NCBI GenBank assembly: GCA_976551045.1
Contig: CDPCPM010000247.1
Coordinates: 3,286,001 to 3,350,000 of the forward strand
From: Glaucostegus cemiculus
Taxonomy: Eukaryota
Direction: 5' to 3'
DNA: 64,000 bases
Under the pieces are notes generated by a model. It did no database searches. It was not told where the DNA came from and saw only the letters and a program-made list of their open reading frames with translations. Shown here in pieces: positions 39,191 through 50,976 of the stretch; within the stretch, counting starts at the first letter, position 1, and the number at the start of each line of letters is the position of its first letter. A program made the translations under genes and the position numbers.

Positions 39191-39238
39191 TATGACTCAA
39201 CTCCAGTACTATGCTAGATCCATAAAATGTCTGGTTAG

Positions 39239-40516
39239 CACCTTATCAAACGCCTTGCTAAAATCCATATACACTACATCTACCGATCTCCCTTCATCGA
39301 CGTTCTTGGTCACTTCTTCAAAAAATTCTATAAGACTCGTCAGACAGGACCTGCCCTTGACAAAACCATGCTGACTATTTCTAATCATGCCATACTTCTC
39401 CAAGTGTTCCATGCGAGGCTTATGGAGAAGGTGAGGAGACACGGGATCCAGGGGGACATTGCGATGTGGATTCAGAATTGGCTGGCCCACAGAAGACAAA
39501 GAGTGGTTCTGGAAGGGTCGTATTCTGAGTGGAGGTCGGTGACCTCCGGTGTACCTCAGGATCTGTGCTGGGACCCTTGCTGTTTGTCATCTTTATAAAT
39601 GACCTGGATGAGGAAGTGGAGGGGTGGGTTAGCAAGTTTGCTGACGGCACGAAGGTTTGGAGGGCTGTCAGAGGCTACAGAGGGACATAGATAGGATGCA
39701 GAGTTGGGCTGAGAAATGGCAGATGGAGTTCAACCCAGATAAATGTGAAGTGGTTCATTTTGGTAGGTTGAACAGGTTGGCAGAATATAGAATTAATGGT
39801 AAGACTCTTGGCAGTGTGGAGGATCAGAGGGATCTTGGGGTCCAAGTCCATAGGATGCTCAAGGTGGCTGCGCAGGTTGACTCCGTGGTTAGGAAGGCGT
39901 ATGGTGTATTGTCCTTCATCAGTCGAGGGATTGAATTTAGGAGTAGGGAGGTAATGCTTCAGTTGTATAGGTCCCTGGTCGGACCCCACCTGGAGTATTG
40001 TGTTCAGTTCTGGTCGCCTCACTACAGGAAGGATGTGGAAGCTATAGAGAGGGTGCAGAGGTGGTTTACAAGGATGCTGCCTGGAATGAGGAGCATGCCT
40101 TATGACAGCAGGTTGCGGGAACACGGCCTTTTCTCCTTGGAGAGAAGGAGGATGAGGGGGGACCTGATAGAGGTATATAAGATGTTGAGAGGTATGGATA
40201 GGGTAGATAGTGGGAGGCTTTTCCCCAGGGCTGAAATGGTGGCCACAAGAGGACATAGGTTTAAGGTGCTGGGGGGAAGATATAGGGGAGATGTTAGGGG
40301 TAAGTTTTATACTCAGAGAGTGGTGAGTGCGTGGAATGGGCTGCCGGAGATGGTGGTGGAGGCGGATACGTTAGGGTCTTTCAAGAGACTGTTGGATAGG
40401 TACATGGAGGTAAATAAGATAGAAGGCTATGGGTAAGCCTAATAGTGTAGGGATATGTTTGGCACAGCTTTGTGGGCCAAAGGGCCTGAATTGTGCTGTA
40501 GGTATCTATGTTCTAT
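39239..40516 (+). mobile_element. Young CR1 with inverted 5' segment (39239-39411 minus, 39408-40516 plus)
   Basis: The minus segment encodes EHLEKYGMIRNSQHGF...FSKAFDKV. The plus segment resumes HARLMEKVRRHGI and includes a 259-aa ORF and 3' tail. Confidence 0.92.
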
Positions 40517-40524
40517 TATCTGCA

Positions 40525-40835
40525 GGTATGCACAATGGCATAGCTGGTAGAGCTGATGCCTCACAGCACCAGAGATCTGGGTTCAACCCTGACTTTGACT
40601 GCTGCCTGTGTGGTATTTGCATATTCTCCGTGATTTCATGATTTCCCTATATCTCCTGGACACCTCCCACATCCAAAAGGCATGTGGATTGGTAAGTTAA
40701 TTGGCCACTATAAATTGCCCCTAGTGTGTAGATGATTAGTAAAATATGGGGGGAGTTGATGTGAATGTGGAAGAATGAATGAGATTAGTGTAAACATATG
40801 GTTGATGACCTGTGTGGACTTAGCTGTACCTCTGC
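40525..40835 (+). mobile_element. Degenerate tRNA-derived V-SINE
   Basis: Head gctggtagagctgatgcctcacagcaccagagatctgggttcaaccct, core ctcccacatccaaaag, and taaattgcccctagtgtgtag. Confidence 0.75.
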
Positions 40836-41258
40836 ATGACCCTCAAGGTGAAATTTTCAAAAATGTTACATACTAGAATGCTCAGTTTTCACTAACTGTG
40901 CAGTCCAATAAATATCACTATCAAAAAAGAAAATGCAGTATTCCCCTGAGCCATCGATTAAATCAAGTAGTCACTTATTGAATTGCATTTCTCTGCATAC
41001 CCACCAATCAATTTTACAAGCTTTAATATTGTAATATAGATTTTCCATGCCACAAATTAATAGGTCATCAAATTTGAACATCTTTTACAAATGCCAGTGG
41101 TTAAGTCATACTTGAAACACACGTATGCTGCCAATTCATTTACCAATCTGGAAAAACCTGCAATAAACTGTCAATATCATTAGATTTTGCTGCCTCAAAG
41201 GTGACATGCCAGTGGTTAGCAGATTATGCAAAGTCAAGTGCTTTTCTGTATACCATAC

Positions 41259-41430
41259 CTATGAGATGTGTCCAAATGTTCAAGGTTTCTGTATGAATCC
41301 TAAAGATGCTTCTTAAGCAAGCACGAAAAGATGGCATTGGTGGCCTGTGACCATGCAGGAGGTAGTCATTATCCTTCAGCCAATCAGGCAGCACATCATG
41401 GGGAATGACCCGCCATCGCCCTTCCCATAC
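41259..41430 (-). CDS. ADIPOR2: Adiponectin receptor 2, coding exon (172 nt)
   Basis: AG/GT boundaries. VWEGRWRVIPHDVLPDWLKDNDYLLHGHRPPMPSFRACLRSIFRIHTETLNIWTHLI. Confidence 0.98.
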
Positions 41431-42659
41431 CTGTAATAAGTACAACTTTAATAGATACCAGAATACTTCTAATTTCTCACTGGGATTATGCAAAGAATAT
41501 TTCAACTGAACAGGTTATAGAACCTGCCTGATTTCCAATTCACTGAAATAAAACAAACGAAAATTCAGGACATGAGTTACAATTGCAAGGTTAGAAGTTA
41601 CCTCCATACATTTTAAAATAGTTTTCCTCCTGCTGTGTCTACTAACTAATACTAAAAGAAAATCATTAGTCAAACAGACCAATAGTAATTCAAAACAGAT
41701 TGGGAAAAAATGGCTACCAGTTTATCATCAATGAAACTATAGCATTTTCTGTAAAGATATTAGCACAAAGTACATATATCTAAAATATATTTGTATGCTT
41801 AGTAATTATATTGTGGGAGTTTGGAAGATCTTTTCCTGCTGTTTATTTGGAAGTGTACACGTTTCTAGATTCTAAGAATGAGAGCAGTTGTTCCAGTTTT
41901 GGATTCCTGTCTCTAATAGCAAAGTGAACTACATAATGGAATTTTATGTGGTAATCAATGGAAGATATGTTACAACACAATTGGTTCTAGGGGGAAAAAA
42001 TGGCAGATTTCAGGACAGAAGTCACTACACCCTGATGGAATGCAATCTAGATCATTGATGGAGAGTGAATAGCAGGGTCAATTTTTCAATTCTTCTTACA
42101 TTTGCAACATATAGCAACCTGCAAAAGCAGCAATACAAGCAATTGTTCAGAAGGCAGGACATAAAGTCATAGAATTTATAACCAGTTAGTGCCTTAGCTT
42201 TTGAGTAACCTCAGAAATCTGTTTTATTAAGATTACTGATGATTTGGAAATGAGTCAGTTAATCAATTTTGGGTGCAAAAGGGCAGAATAATCTGAAAGG
42301 TCAAGTCCATAAACAAAACACCAGCAGGAGTTTAATTTTGGAGGAATCTTGGCATTGAACTACATTCAACAGGAGTGTTTTCCACAATTATTTTGTGTGG
42401 AGTAAGCAGAGTTTTATTCTTCAATAGGCTTTGTGCTCATGATACTTATTCTTTCAATCTAAACAGAATTAATGGCGGGGAAACATTTATGTCACGCATA
42501 GGCCAGATCCACAGTTCATCCAGGAATGGAACATGTGCATTTTTGGGGGGAGGAAGGGGGCGAGGTAATCGTTTCCAAGTTTTTGGATTTGTGGGTGAAA
42601 TGGTCATTAACAGTGAAGCCTTGGGGACATATTAAATTTATGCCCCCAAGAAATCGCAA

Positions 42660-45600
42660 GGCACATCAACATCACTGTACTCAGAATGATATGACATACA
42701 AATGAGCGCTAAGAAAAGGGTAAATAACAGGTGAATAAATGGTGTTGGATTTGCAATCAAGGACTTATGGGTGAATCGGCCAATCAAGTTTCCCGTTGCT
42801 ATCAATAACCTCCTCATGACCTTTCATATTCACCATCACTTTTGAGTAGATATTCAATGCTTCAATAGCTCAGGCTGAAGAACAAAGAATACATCTACAT
42901 TAACCTTGACACAATGTTATCATCCATTCCAAATACAACAACCCCCACCCCACAAGAAATAGACAAATCCATTTGGACTTCGAAACAAGTTAACTGAGAC
43001 TCTTGCAGAGGTAAGTGCAAGACAAATTCCCATTCAAACAAATGCACAGAGCACAACCTTGTGATCACAAACATAATTTTAGATAAATCAACAAATACAA
43101 AATAACTTAGAACCATAGAACAATACAGCACAAAACAGGCCCTTCGGCCCACCAAGTTGTGCCATCCTTCAAACGTCTCACAATCTAACTCTTTCCTCCC
43201 ACATATCCTACTATTCCACATTCTTCCATGTGCCTATCTAACAATCTCTTGAACCTGTCCATCGTATCTGCCTCTACTACCACCCCAGGCAGTGCATTCC
43301 ATGCGCCAACCACTCTCTGGGTGAAAAACTTCCCTCTGACATCTTCCCTAAACTTTCCACCCAATATCTTAAAGCCATGCCCTCTCGTCTTCTGCATCTG
43401 CTCTCTGGGAAAGAGACGCTGGCTGTCAATTCTATCTATTCCTCTCAATATCTTATACACCTCTATCAAGTCCCCTCTCATCCTCCTCCTCTCCAACGAG
43501 TAGAGCCCTAGCACCCTAAGCCTCTCCTCATATTCCATACCCTCTAATCCAGGCATCATCCTGGTAAATCGCCTCTGTACCCCCTCCAACACCTTCACAG
43601 CCTTCCTATAATGCTGCAACCAGAACGGAACACAATATTCTAAGTGCGGCCTAACTAGAGTTTTGTAAAGCAGCATCATCATCTCTCTGCTCTTGAACTC
43701 AATCCCACGACTTATAAAAGCTAACATCCCATAAGCCTTCTTAACTGCCCTATCCACCTGCAAGGCAACTTTGAGTGAACTGTGGATATGAACCCCCAGA
43801 TCCCTCTGCTCCTCTACACTGCCAAGTACCTTACCATTTACCTCATACTCTGCCCTGGAGTTCGTCCTACCAAAGTGCACTACCTCACACTTCTCCGGAT
43901 TAAACTCCATCTGCCACCTGTCCGCCCAGCTCTGCATTCTATCAATACTCCTCTGTAAGCTCCGACAGTTCTCCACACTATCTACCACACCGCCGATCTT
44001 GGCATAATCCGCAAACTTACCAACCCATCCTTCCACTCCTTCATCTAAGTCATCTTAAATATAACAAAGAGTAGAAGTCCCAGAACCGATCCCTGCGGGA
44101 CACCACTAGTCACAGCCCTCCAATCCGAGGACACTCCCTCCACCACAACCCTCTGCTTTCTACAGGCAAGCCAATTCCTGATCCACACAGCCAAACTCCC
44201 CTGGATGCCTCGGCCTCTGACCTTCTGAAGCCACCTGCCATGAGGAACCTTATCGAACGCCTTACTAAAATCCATATAGACTACATCCACCGCACTGCCC
44301 TCATCAAGCTTCCTCGTCACCTCTTCAAAGAATTCTATCAGGCTCGTGAGGCAAGATCTTCCCTTCACAAAGCCATGCTGACTGTCCCTAATCAGTCCGT
44401 GACTCTCCAGGTGTTCATAGATCCTATCCCTCAGAATCCTTTCTAACAGCTTACCCACCACAGACATGAGACTCACCGGTCTGTAATTTCCCGGACTATC
44501 CCTACTACCTTCCTTAAACAAGGGAACAACATCCGCTACCTGCCAATCCTCCGGCACCATCCCCATGGACAACGAGGACTCAAAGATCCTCACCAGCGGA
44601 TCAACAATCTCCACCCTCGCCTCTCGAAGCAGCCTGGGGAATATTCCGTCAGGCTCCAGAGACTTATCCGTCTTGATATTATTTAACAATTTCAGCACCT
44701 CCTCCCTCTCGATAGCTATATACTCAAGAACATTACCCTTACCAGCACTCTCTGTCGCGTTATCCAGACCCCTCTCCTTGGTGAATACGGAAGAGAAGTA
44801 TTCATTCAGTACCTCCCCTACTTCTGCCGCCTCCAGGCACATCCTCCCACCTTTATCCTTAATCGGACCTACCTTCACCCTAGCCATCCTTCTGCCCTTC
44901 ACATACGAGAAAAAAGCCTTGGGATTTTCCTTAACCCTACTAGCCAACATCTTTTCATGTCCCCTTCTAGCTCTCCTCAGCTCTTTCTTAAGTTCCTTCC
45001 TCACTATACTATATTCCTCATGGGCCACATCCGAGCCTTGCCGCTTATACCTTACGTAAGCCGTCTTCTTCCAACTCCCTTCTTCCCAAGGGAGTTAGCA
45101 ACTCCCTTGTTCAGACTTGATCAATGCAAGAAGAGAGTCTCGATCTAAGATGTTCAAGCCATGAGAGAAGCTGGCAACTGCTCAGCTAACCACAGTTGGG
45201 TAAGATAAGCACATCTATTGGGATTACACCAAAACACAGAAAGGAGCCTGAATCACACACATAACAAGGCAACATCAAAAAAATTTGCATGAAGTGAATT
45301 TCCAAGCATATCTGTGGCACAACCATACAATAAACCCTGCATCTAACCTATCAGGCCCTTTGAGAATTTTGTACATACAACAGAACTATGCATCAAAGGC
45401 TCAGAAAGCAGAGAAATGCAAACGTGAAATAAAAACAGAAAGCACTAGAAATAGCAGATCAGGCAGCATCTGTGGAGAGAAAAACTAAGCTCACATTTCA
45501 GGATGATGATCAGCTGAAATACTGAAAGAAGGTGGAGAAGTACTGACAAACAAACACCATTTACTGCTCCTTAAAATCTGGCACACTGAAGAAATCCCTA

Positions 45601-46765
45601 CTGATTTATGCAAGGCTAACATAATTGCTTTTTTAAAAGTAAGTTAGGCCCAGTAAGATCTTTGCGAGAATATTTCTAAATTACCTTCTCCCTCTTACAG
45701 AGCAAGTATTTCCATGGCCTCAGTGTCAAGAATATTACCTGGAGTATACATAATCTTCAATCTAACTGAAGCCCTCAACTCTGTCCAATAGCCAAACAAA
45801 CTTAACAGCATGCAAAAGTCCTCCACAACCAGATGATTCCTTCTGCCTGGACAGTGGCTCTACTTCTAAACTGTTCACCATCCAAACTCATAATAAAACA
45901 GGGTTGTGCAGAGGGACCTATCCAGTCTCATTTTTAGCAGCTATTAAACTGTTAATCCTCAGGCATTAGTATGCATTATTAAACTGACTTCAACCTCTCT
46001 TGCACCCATGCTGAAACTAAATAACATCAAGCTCCAGCACACAAATGGAGGTGCTATAGATGCACACTCAAAGGAGGACCTACAGCTCTTAACTATTTCC
46101 CCAAAGTTGACAATGACCTTGTACTAACCATTGATATAGGCAAAACATTCTATCCATTAGTCTTTCCCCAGTCAATCAGTTGTGGCAATGGTGAAATGGA
46201 AAATGATGAACACTTCGCCTACTTTGGCATGCAATCATCAGAGAGCAATCATCAATGTTAAGCCCAGAATTCCCACACCAGCACTTTCTTCAGAAGATCC
46301 TCAACACAAACTGGAAGAATTATCATACTCATGTACACCACCATCTTCCACCTTGAAACCCTCAATATCCAGCATTGGTTAGAGGCGAAGTAGATACCAT
46401 ATGCTTACCAAAAACATTGGTATACCCCAACTTGCCATTGGAGAAAAGAAATGAGAAGGCCAAAAGATTCACCTCAAAGACTCCCTCAGACAAGCATTAA
46501 GAGATGCAGTTTCAACATCACACACCTAGAAACAGTAGTCCAAAGGAGTGCAAAATTATGTTAGAGGAGGAAAAGCATCTCACACTAGTTGCAGACAAGT
46601 ACCCAAAAATGGATAACCATCTCAGCACTGTCATGTAAAACTGCCTTTTAATACCTGTAACTTCTGCCAATGTGCTTGCAGCTCAAAGATCAGACTTCAG
46701 ATACCCGTGCAACTTAAAAACTGCAAGAGACCATACTCAATCCCAACGGATAGCTGATGATGATA
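42660..46765 (+). mobile_element. Ancient RTE-clade LINE split by a CR1 (43108-45072) and a PLE terminal fragment (~45400-45510)
   Basis: Ordered remnants GVGFAIK...INxxLMT (~42740-42830), AMREAGNCSANH (~45160), KQGC (~45895-45910), AHSKEDLQ (~46062) and HFAYFG (~46211). 3' end ...gctgatgatgat. Confidence 0.7.
43108..45072 (-). mobile_element. Young 5'-truncated CR1 (ORF2 in two long frames of 327 and 283 aa)
   Basis: Complete RT motif series with one frameshift near 44040. 3' tail tgtattgttctatggttct. CpGs retained. Confidence 0.96.
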
Positions 46766-48589
46766 TAGTTTTCACCTCTGTTCTGTGCTGAGTTGTGGAA
46801 ATATTTCCCTATCATTTTGCAGCTTACCCATGCTCTCCACTTCTTTTGAAAAGACCTTGCTATGTTTATGATCACTTCCACATTACCATTTATGGCACCA
46901 ACTCAAATTGTTTGCAGAACTGTTCCATCACTAAACTTTCACACACTATTGTAAGTGTACTTAGTCGTTAGGTTTGTTTAACAATTTGGTTTTCAATTTC
47001 ACTATAATCATCCCTATCGCCAAATTTGTTATGCACTTATTTGTCATTGTAGATTAGAACTTTATGTAACATTTACAGCTTTCTACTTCCTGTACAAGGA
47101 ACTTTTTCTTCTCTGCCATCTGTTTACTATCCACATAACCAATTCAAACAGCTCAGTATTAGACCATTCATGGTTACATTTACTTATGGATCCATTATCA
47201 GGAATGCTTCAATTAAAGAAATACACCTTGAATTCCCCTAAATTCCTTACATTGCAGGTGACTATCAACTGTTTTGTGTCATAGCAGTATTAAATTTAAC
47301 AGCTTACACCTACCTCAAGGTAGTTAAATTAGGTGGTATACGGTTAGAGTAACCATTTCTTGACAAATTCAAAATTCCCATCTTGTATCAGATCATATGT
47401 TCTGAATCTATGCTGGAGTTAAAATTATTCTTCTGAATAACATTCTTATTCTAACATTTTGAACACAGGGTGTATAAATTTACACTCCCACTTAGTTGCA
47501 TTGCTCTAACACGGTTAAGCAATGAAAAATAAAATTCAAGGTTACAATCCATTTTAGTTAATAAAACTTTGACTACACTCATTTGTATTACATTATCTAG
47601 AAAAAAGTCTACAGAAAGTTTTGTGAAAGGTATAATCTGCCTTTAGGCCTTCTCTCTCCCTCTACCACATCCCCCCTTTCCATGTCCTATTACTTTGATC
47701 AAGATGACATTGCCACTACTGTGTCTATTTCCTAGTGATCCCAAAGCAAGTGCAGTTATTAATGAACACTTGCATGGTATATAAGAGAGAAAAACTTCAG
47801 CACTTACCAGTTTAGTTATAAAATCAAAATACATAAATAAGGAAAACAAATTCCGATAGGAGTTTATTAAATTTTAGACATGTTATATCATTCAAGCCAA
47901 AAAGTTTTCTACTGAATAGTATTAATCTTGTAGGATATAAAATCCCTTTTGGTAAATTTTAATTTCTGCAAGACGTATGTGCATGAGCAGTAATAATAAT
48001 ATTTAACTTTGGTACTGGAAATGAATATATTTTGCTGTAATTGTGGGGTGAATTTGACACCATAGCAGATAAGGGAGAAAAAACTGACACCATCGCCAGG
48101 TTAACTGCAACCCTAAAGCCAAACCATTTCACTAAGTATACCATTTGGCCATCAGGTTAGAACATTTAAGATTGCATCAACTTGCGAATGGTATTTAAAA
48201 GCACAAATTACACTTCATATTAAAGGACCTATTGGATACACATTAAATTGTGGACAAACGTAAACTACTTCAGAGGAACAGTTTATTAAAACTTGCAATC
48301 AGACGAGTTACTGCAATTGCAATGACTACTTATGAAAAAGGATGGTACATGCAAATAAGAAAACAGAAAATTCAGTTTGTATTTGGAAATAAACCACTAA
48401 ACAACGGCAGCCTGTTCCTCCATTACCTATCCCAAATATTACTTTACCTTACATGCAATGAGTATTTTGTTTTGTTATACATGCATTCTGGTCTGAGAGC
48501 AGTTTGGGACAGATTGAAATATTTTATTTCAGCTAAATGCATACAAAATTTGATAAACTGCTGCACAGTTGAACAACTATTTGAAACAT

Positions 48590-49650
48590 AACCTCCAGTT
48601 TAAGAAAGGTATGATGTACTGCCAAAGCTAGCATTTAATATCTGACACATTACCATCAAGTATACAATGGTATACTGCCTTCCTGAACCTCTGCAGTCCA
48701 CATGGTTTAAGGTTCTCTCAAAGTGCTGTTAAGTGGAGAGTTCCAGGGTTTTGACCCAGCAATGGTAAAAGTAATAAGATGATGTAATCCCAAGCTTTAC
48801 CTCTGTACCTGCTGCCTTTGTTTTTCAATGTGGTAGAGGCCAGGGGATTAGGAACAATAGTTAAAGCTAAAGTATATTACTGCAGTGCCCTTTGTAGAGC
48901 ATGCCAGCAGCCAAATGTGCTAGTGGCAAAGGCAATGATGAACCATGGGGAGCCAATCAAACCAAACTACCATACAGCACAATACAGGCCCTTCGGCCCA
49001 CCATGTTGTGCTGACCTTAAACCACGCCTACGACTAACTAACCCCTTTCTCCACATATCCCCCCATTTTAAATTCCTCCATATGCTTATCTAACAATCTG
49101 TTGAACTTGACCAACGTATCAGCCTCCACCACCACCCCAGGCAGCGCATTCCATGCACCAACCACTCTCTGGGTGAAAAATCCGTCTGCTATCTCCATTG
49201 AACTTCCCACCCATTACTTTAAAGCCATGCCCTCTTGTATTGAGCACTGGTGGTCTGGGAAAGAGGAACTGGCAGTCCACTCTTATCTATTCCTCTTAAT
49301 ATTTTGCACACCCCTATCATGTCTTCCCTCCTCTCCAATGAGTAAAGACCTAGCTCCCTTAGACTCTCCTCATAATCCATACTCTAGCAGTGTTATCTTG
49401 GGTTCTGCACTGAACCAGGTCAATAGACAGTACTGGATACATGATGGAAAGGCTTTGAGGGAGAAAAGAGATGAGGCACAACTACAGAATGCTCAGGGTA
49501 ACCTGGTCTTGGAGAAACAATATTCATGTAGCCAGTCCCATTAGTTTCTGGTTAAAAGTGACTCCTCCTCAAGACAGTGATGGTGGGGGATTATGGAATT
49601 CATGGAATGTCAAGGTGGGTAGGTGGTCAGATTCTCATTGAAAATAAAAA
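48590..49650 (-). mobile_element. Old CR1-clade fragment with a nested CR1 3' end (~48965-49390)
   Basis: The nested piece has a TQRVVGAWNALPG-type C-terminus and a gggccgaagggcctg tail on the minus strand. Confidence 0.7.
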
Positions 49651-50019
49651 CAATACATGGACTGGATTTAGGAGTGCTGAAAATGTTAAGACCAACTCCA
49701 CATTTTCACTAATGTTAAATTGTAGCAGACTGCTTATGTTACGAGCAAATCAATACCTGTAAATTCCACCAAAGCAAAATTGCAACATATGTAAAATTAT
49801 TTTCTCTATAAAGTTCTACAGTATCATGATCTGAAACAGAACTTGAAATCTCTCCAATAAGCTGAAAATGAATTTAAAATACTTTACATTATACTTGAGA
49901 TATTAATGAAAAATAATATTAGACTGTAACGACTATTTTTGCTATTTAAAAATAAATTTTTAAAAAACTTTTCATTTACCAGATATTTTTTCAGACAGGT
50001 AATTTTTACTTAGACTTAC

Positions 50020-50133
50020 CTTGTGGACAAACTCTTCCATCTTTTCCATGGCATGATGGGCCTGTAGAAGTGGTGCAATGCTCATGAATCCTTCTTCTTC
50101 AACAGTTTCTGTTTCTTCAGTTTCTGTGTAGTT
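50020..50133 (-). CDS. ADIPOR2: Adiponectin receptor 2, coding exon (114 nt)
   Basis: tttttag acceptor and gtaagt donor. NYTETEETETVEEEGFMSIAPLLQAHHAMEKMEEFVHK, phase 0 into the VWEGRW exon. Not listed in the ORF track. Confidence 0.95.
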
Positions 50134-50465
50134 CTAAAAAGCAAAGCATACTTTTAAAATACTAGTTTCTAGCCAGCTTGTATGGAAATATATTAAAATC
50201 TCTGGACCGTTTAGCATATTCAATAAAACAGAATTTCCTCAACACCTTCAAGGTCTCTGAATTATACCAAAAATTCACAATGAGTGTTCTATTTGTTCTT
50301 TTGCTTCTATCTTTTATTTGTTTGGTATAAAGAAATTAAGATCACATGTTCCAATTGTGGATTCAAGGCAAGACATTCATAGCAACATATAGGATATTGT
50401 TTAATAGGATATTGAAAGTGGTTGCAGCACATATTATCAACAAGCTTGCAAGATTGACTAGACCA

Positions 50466-50976
50466 TAGGCAATCTCCAGGTTAAGTAAGCATTCCGTCCC
50501 TGAGAACTATCCGTAAGCCAATTTCTCCACAAGTCAAAAATGTTAGTTTTTGATAGTAACCCATATCATAAGAAATAGGAGCAGGAGTAGACAATCCGGC
50601 CTGTTGAGCCTGCTCCGCCATGCAATAAGATCATGGCTGATCTGGCCATGGACTCAGATCCACCTACCTGCCTTTTCCCCATAACCCCCTACTATGCAAA
50701 AATCTATGTCTTAAATATATTTAATGAGGTAGCCTCCACTGCTACATATCATATCACTCTACATACACTTGCTATATTTCTTTCATTTCATTAAATAATC
50801 TGCCTAACACTATGCATAATTAAACTAAATATATACTATAACTATTTATTAATGAATAACATGAAATATTTTATTATTACTACTAGTTTGAAAAATGCTT
50901 TAAAAATGTATGGAAGAATTTGCGTAAGGTTAGATTTCCATCAGTCAGGTCATTCACATCCCAGGGAGCCCTTGCA
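50466..50976. mobile_element. Tigger/pogo-like MITE remnant
   Basis: Imperfect terminal inverted repeats (taggcaatctccaggtta... / ...tcccagggagcccttgca) around an AT-rich interior. Confidence 0.5.
50565..50744 (-). mobile_element. Very short CR1 3' end nested in the MITE, with 9-bp TSD catatcata
   Basis: CR1 tail ataagaaataggagcaggagtag... TSD copies at 50562-50570 and 50745-50753. Confidence 0.8.
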
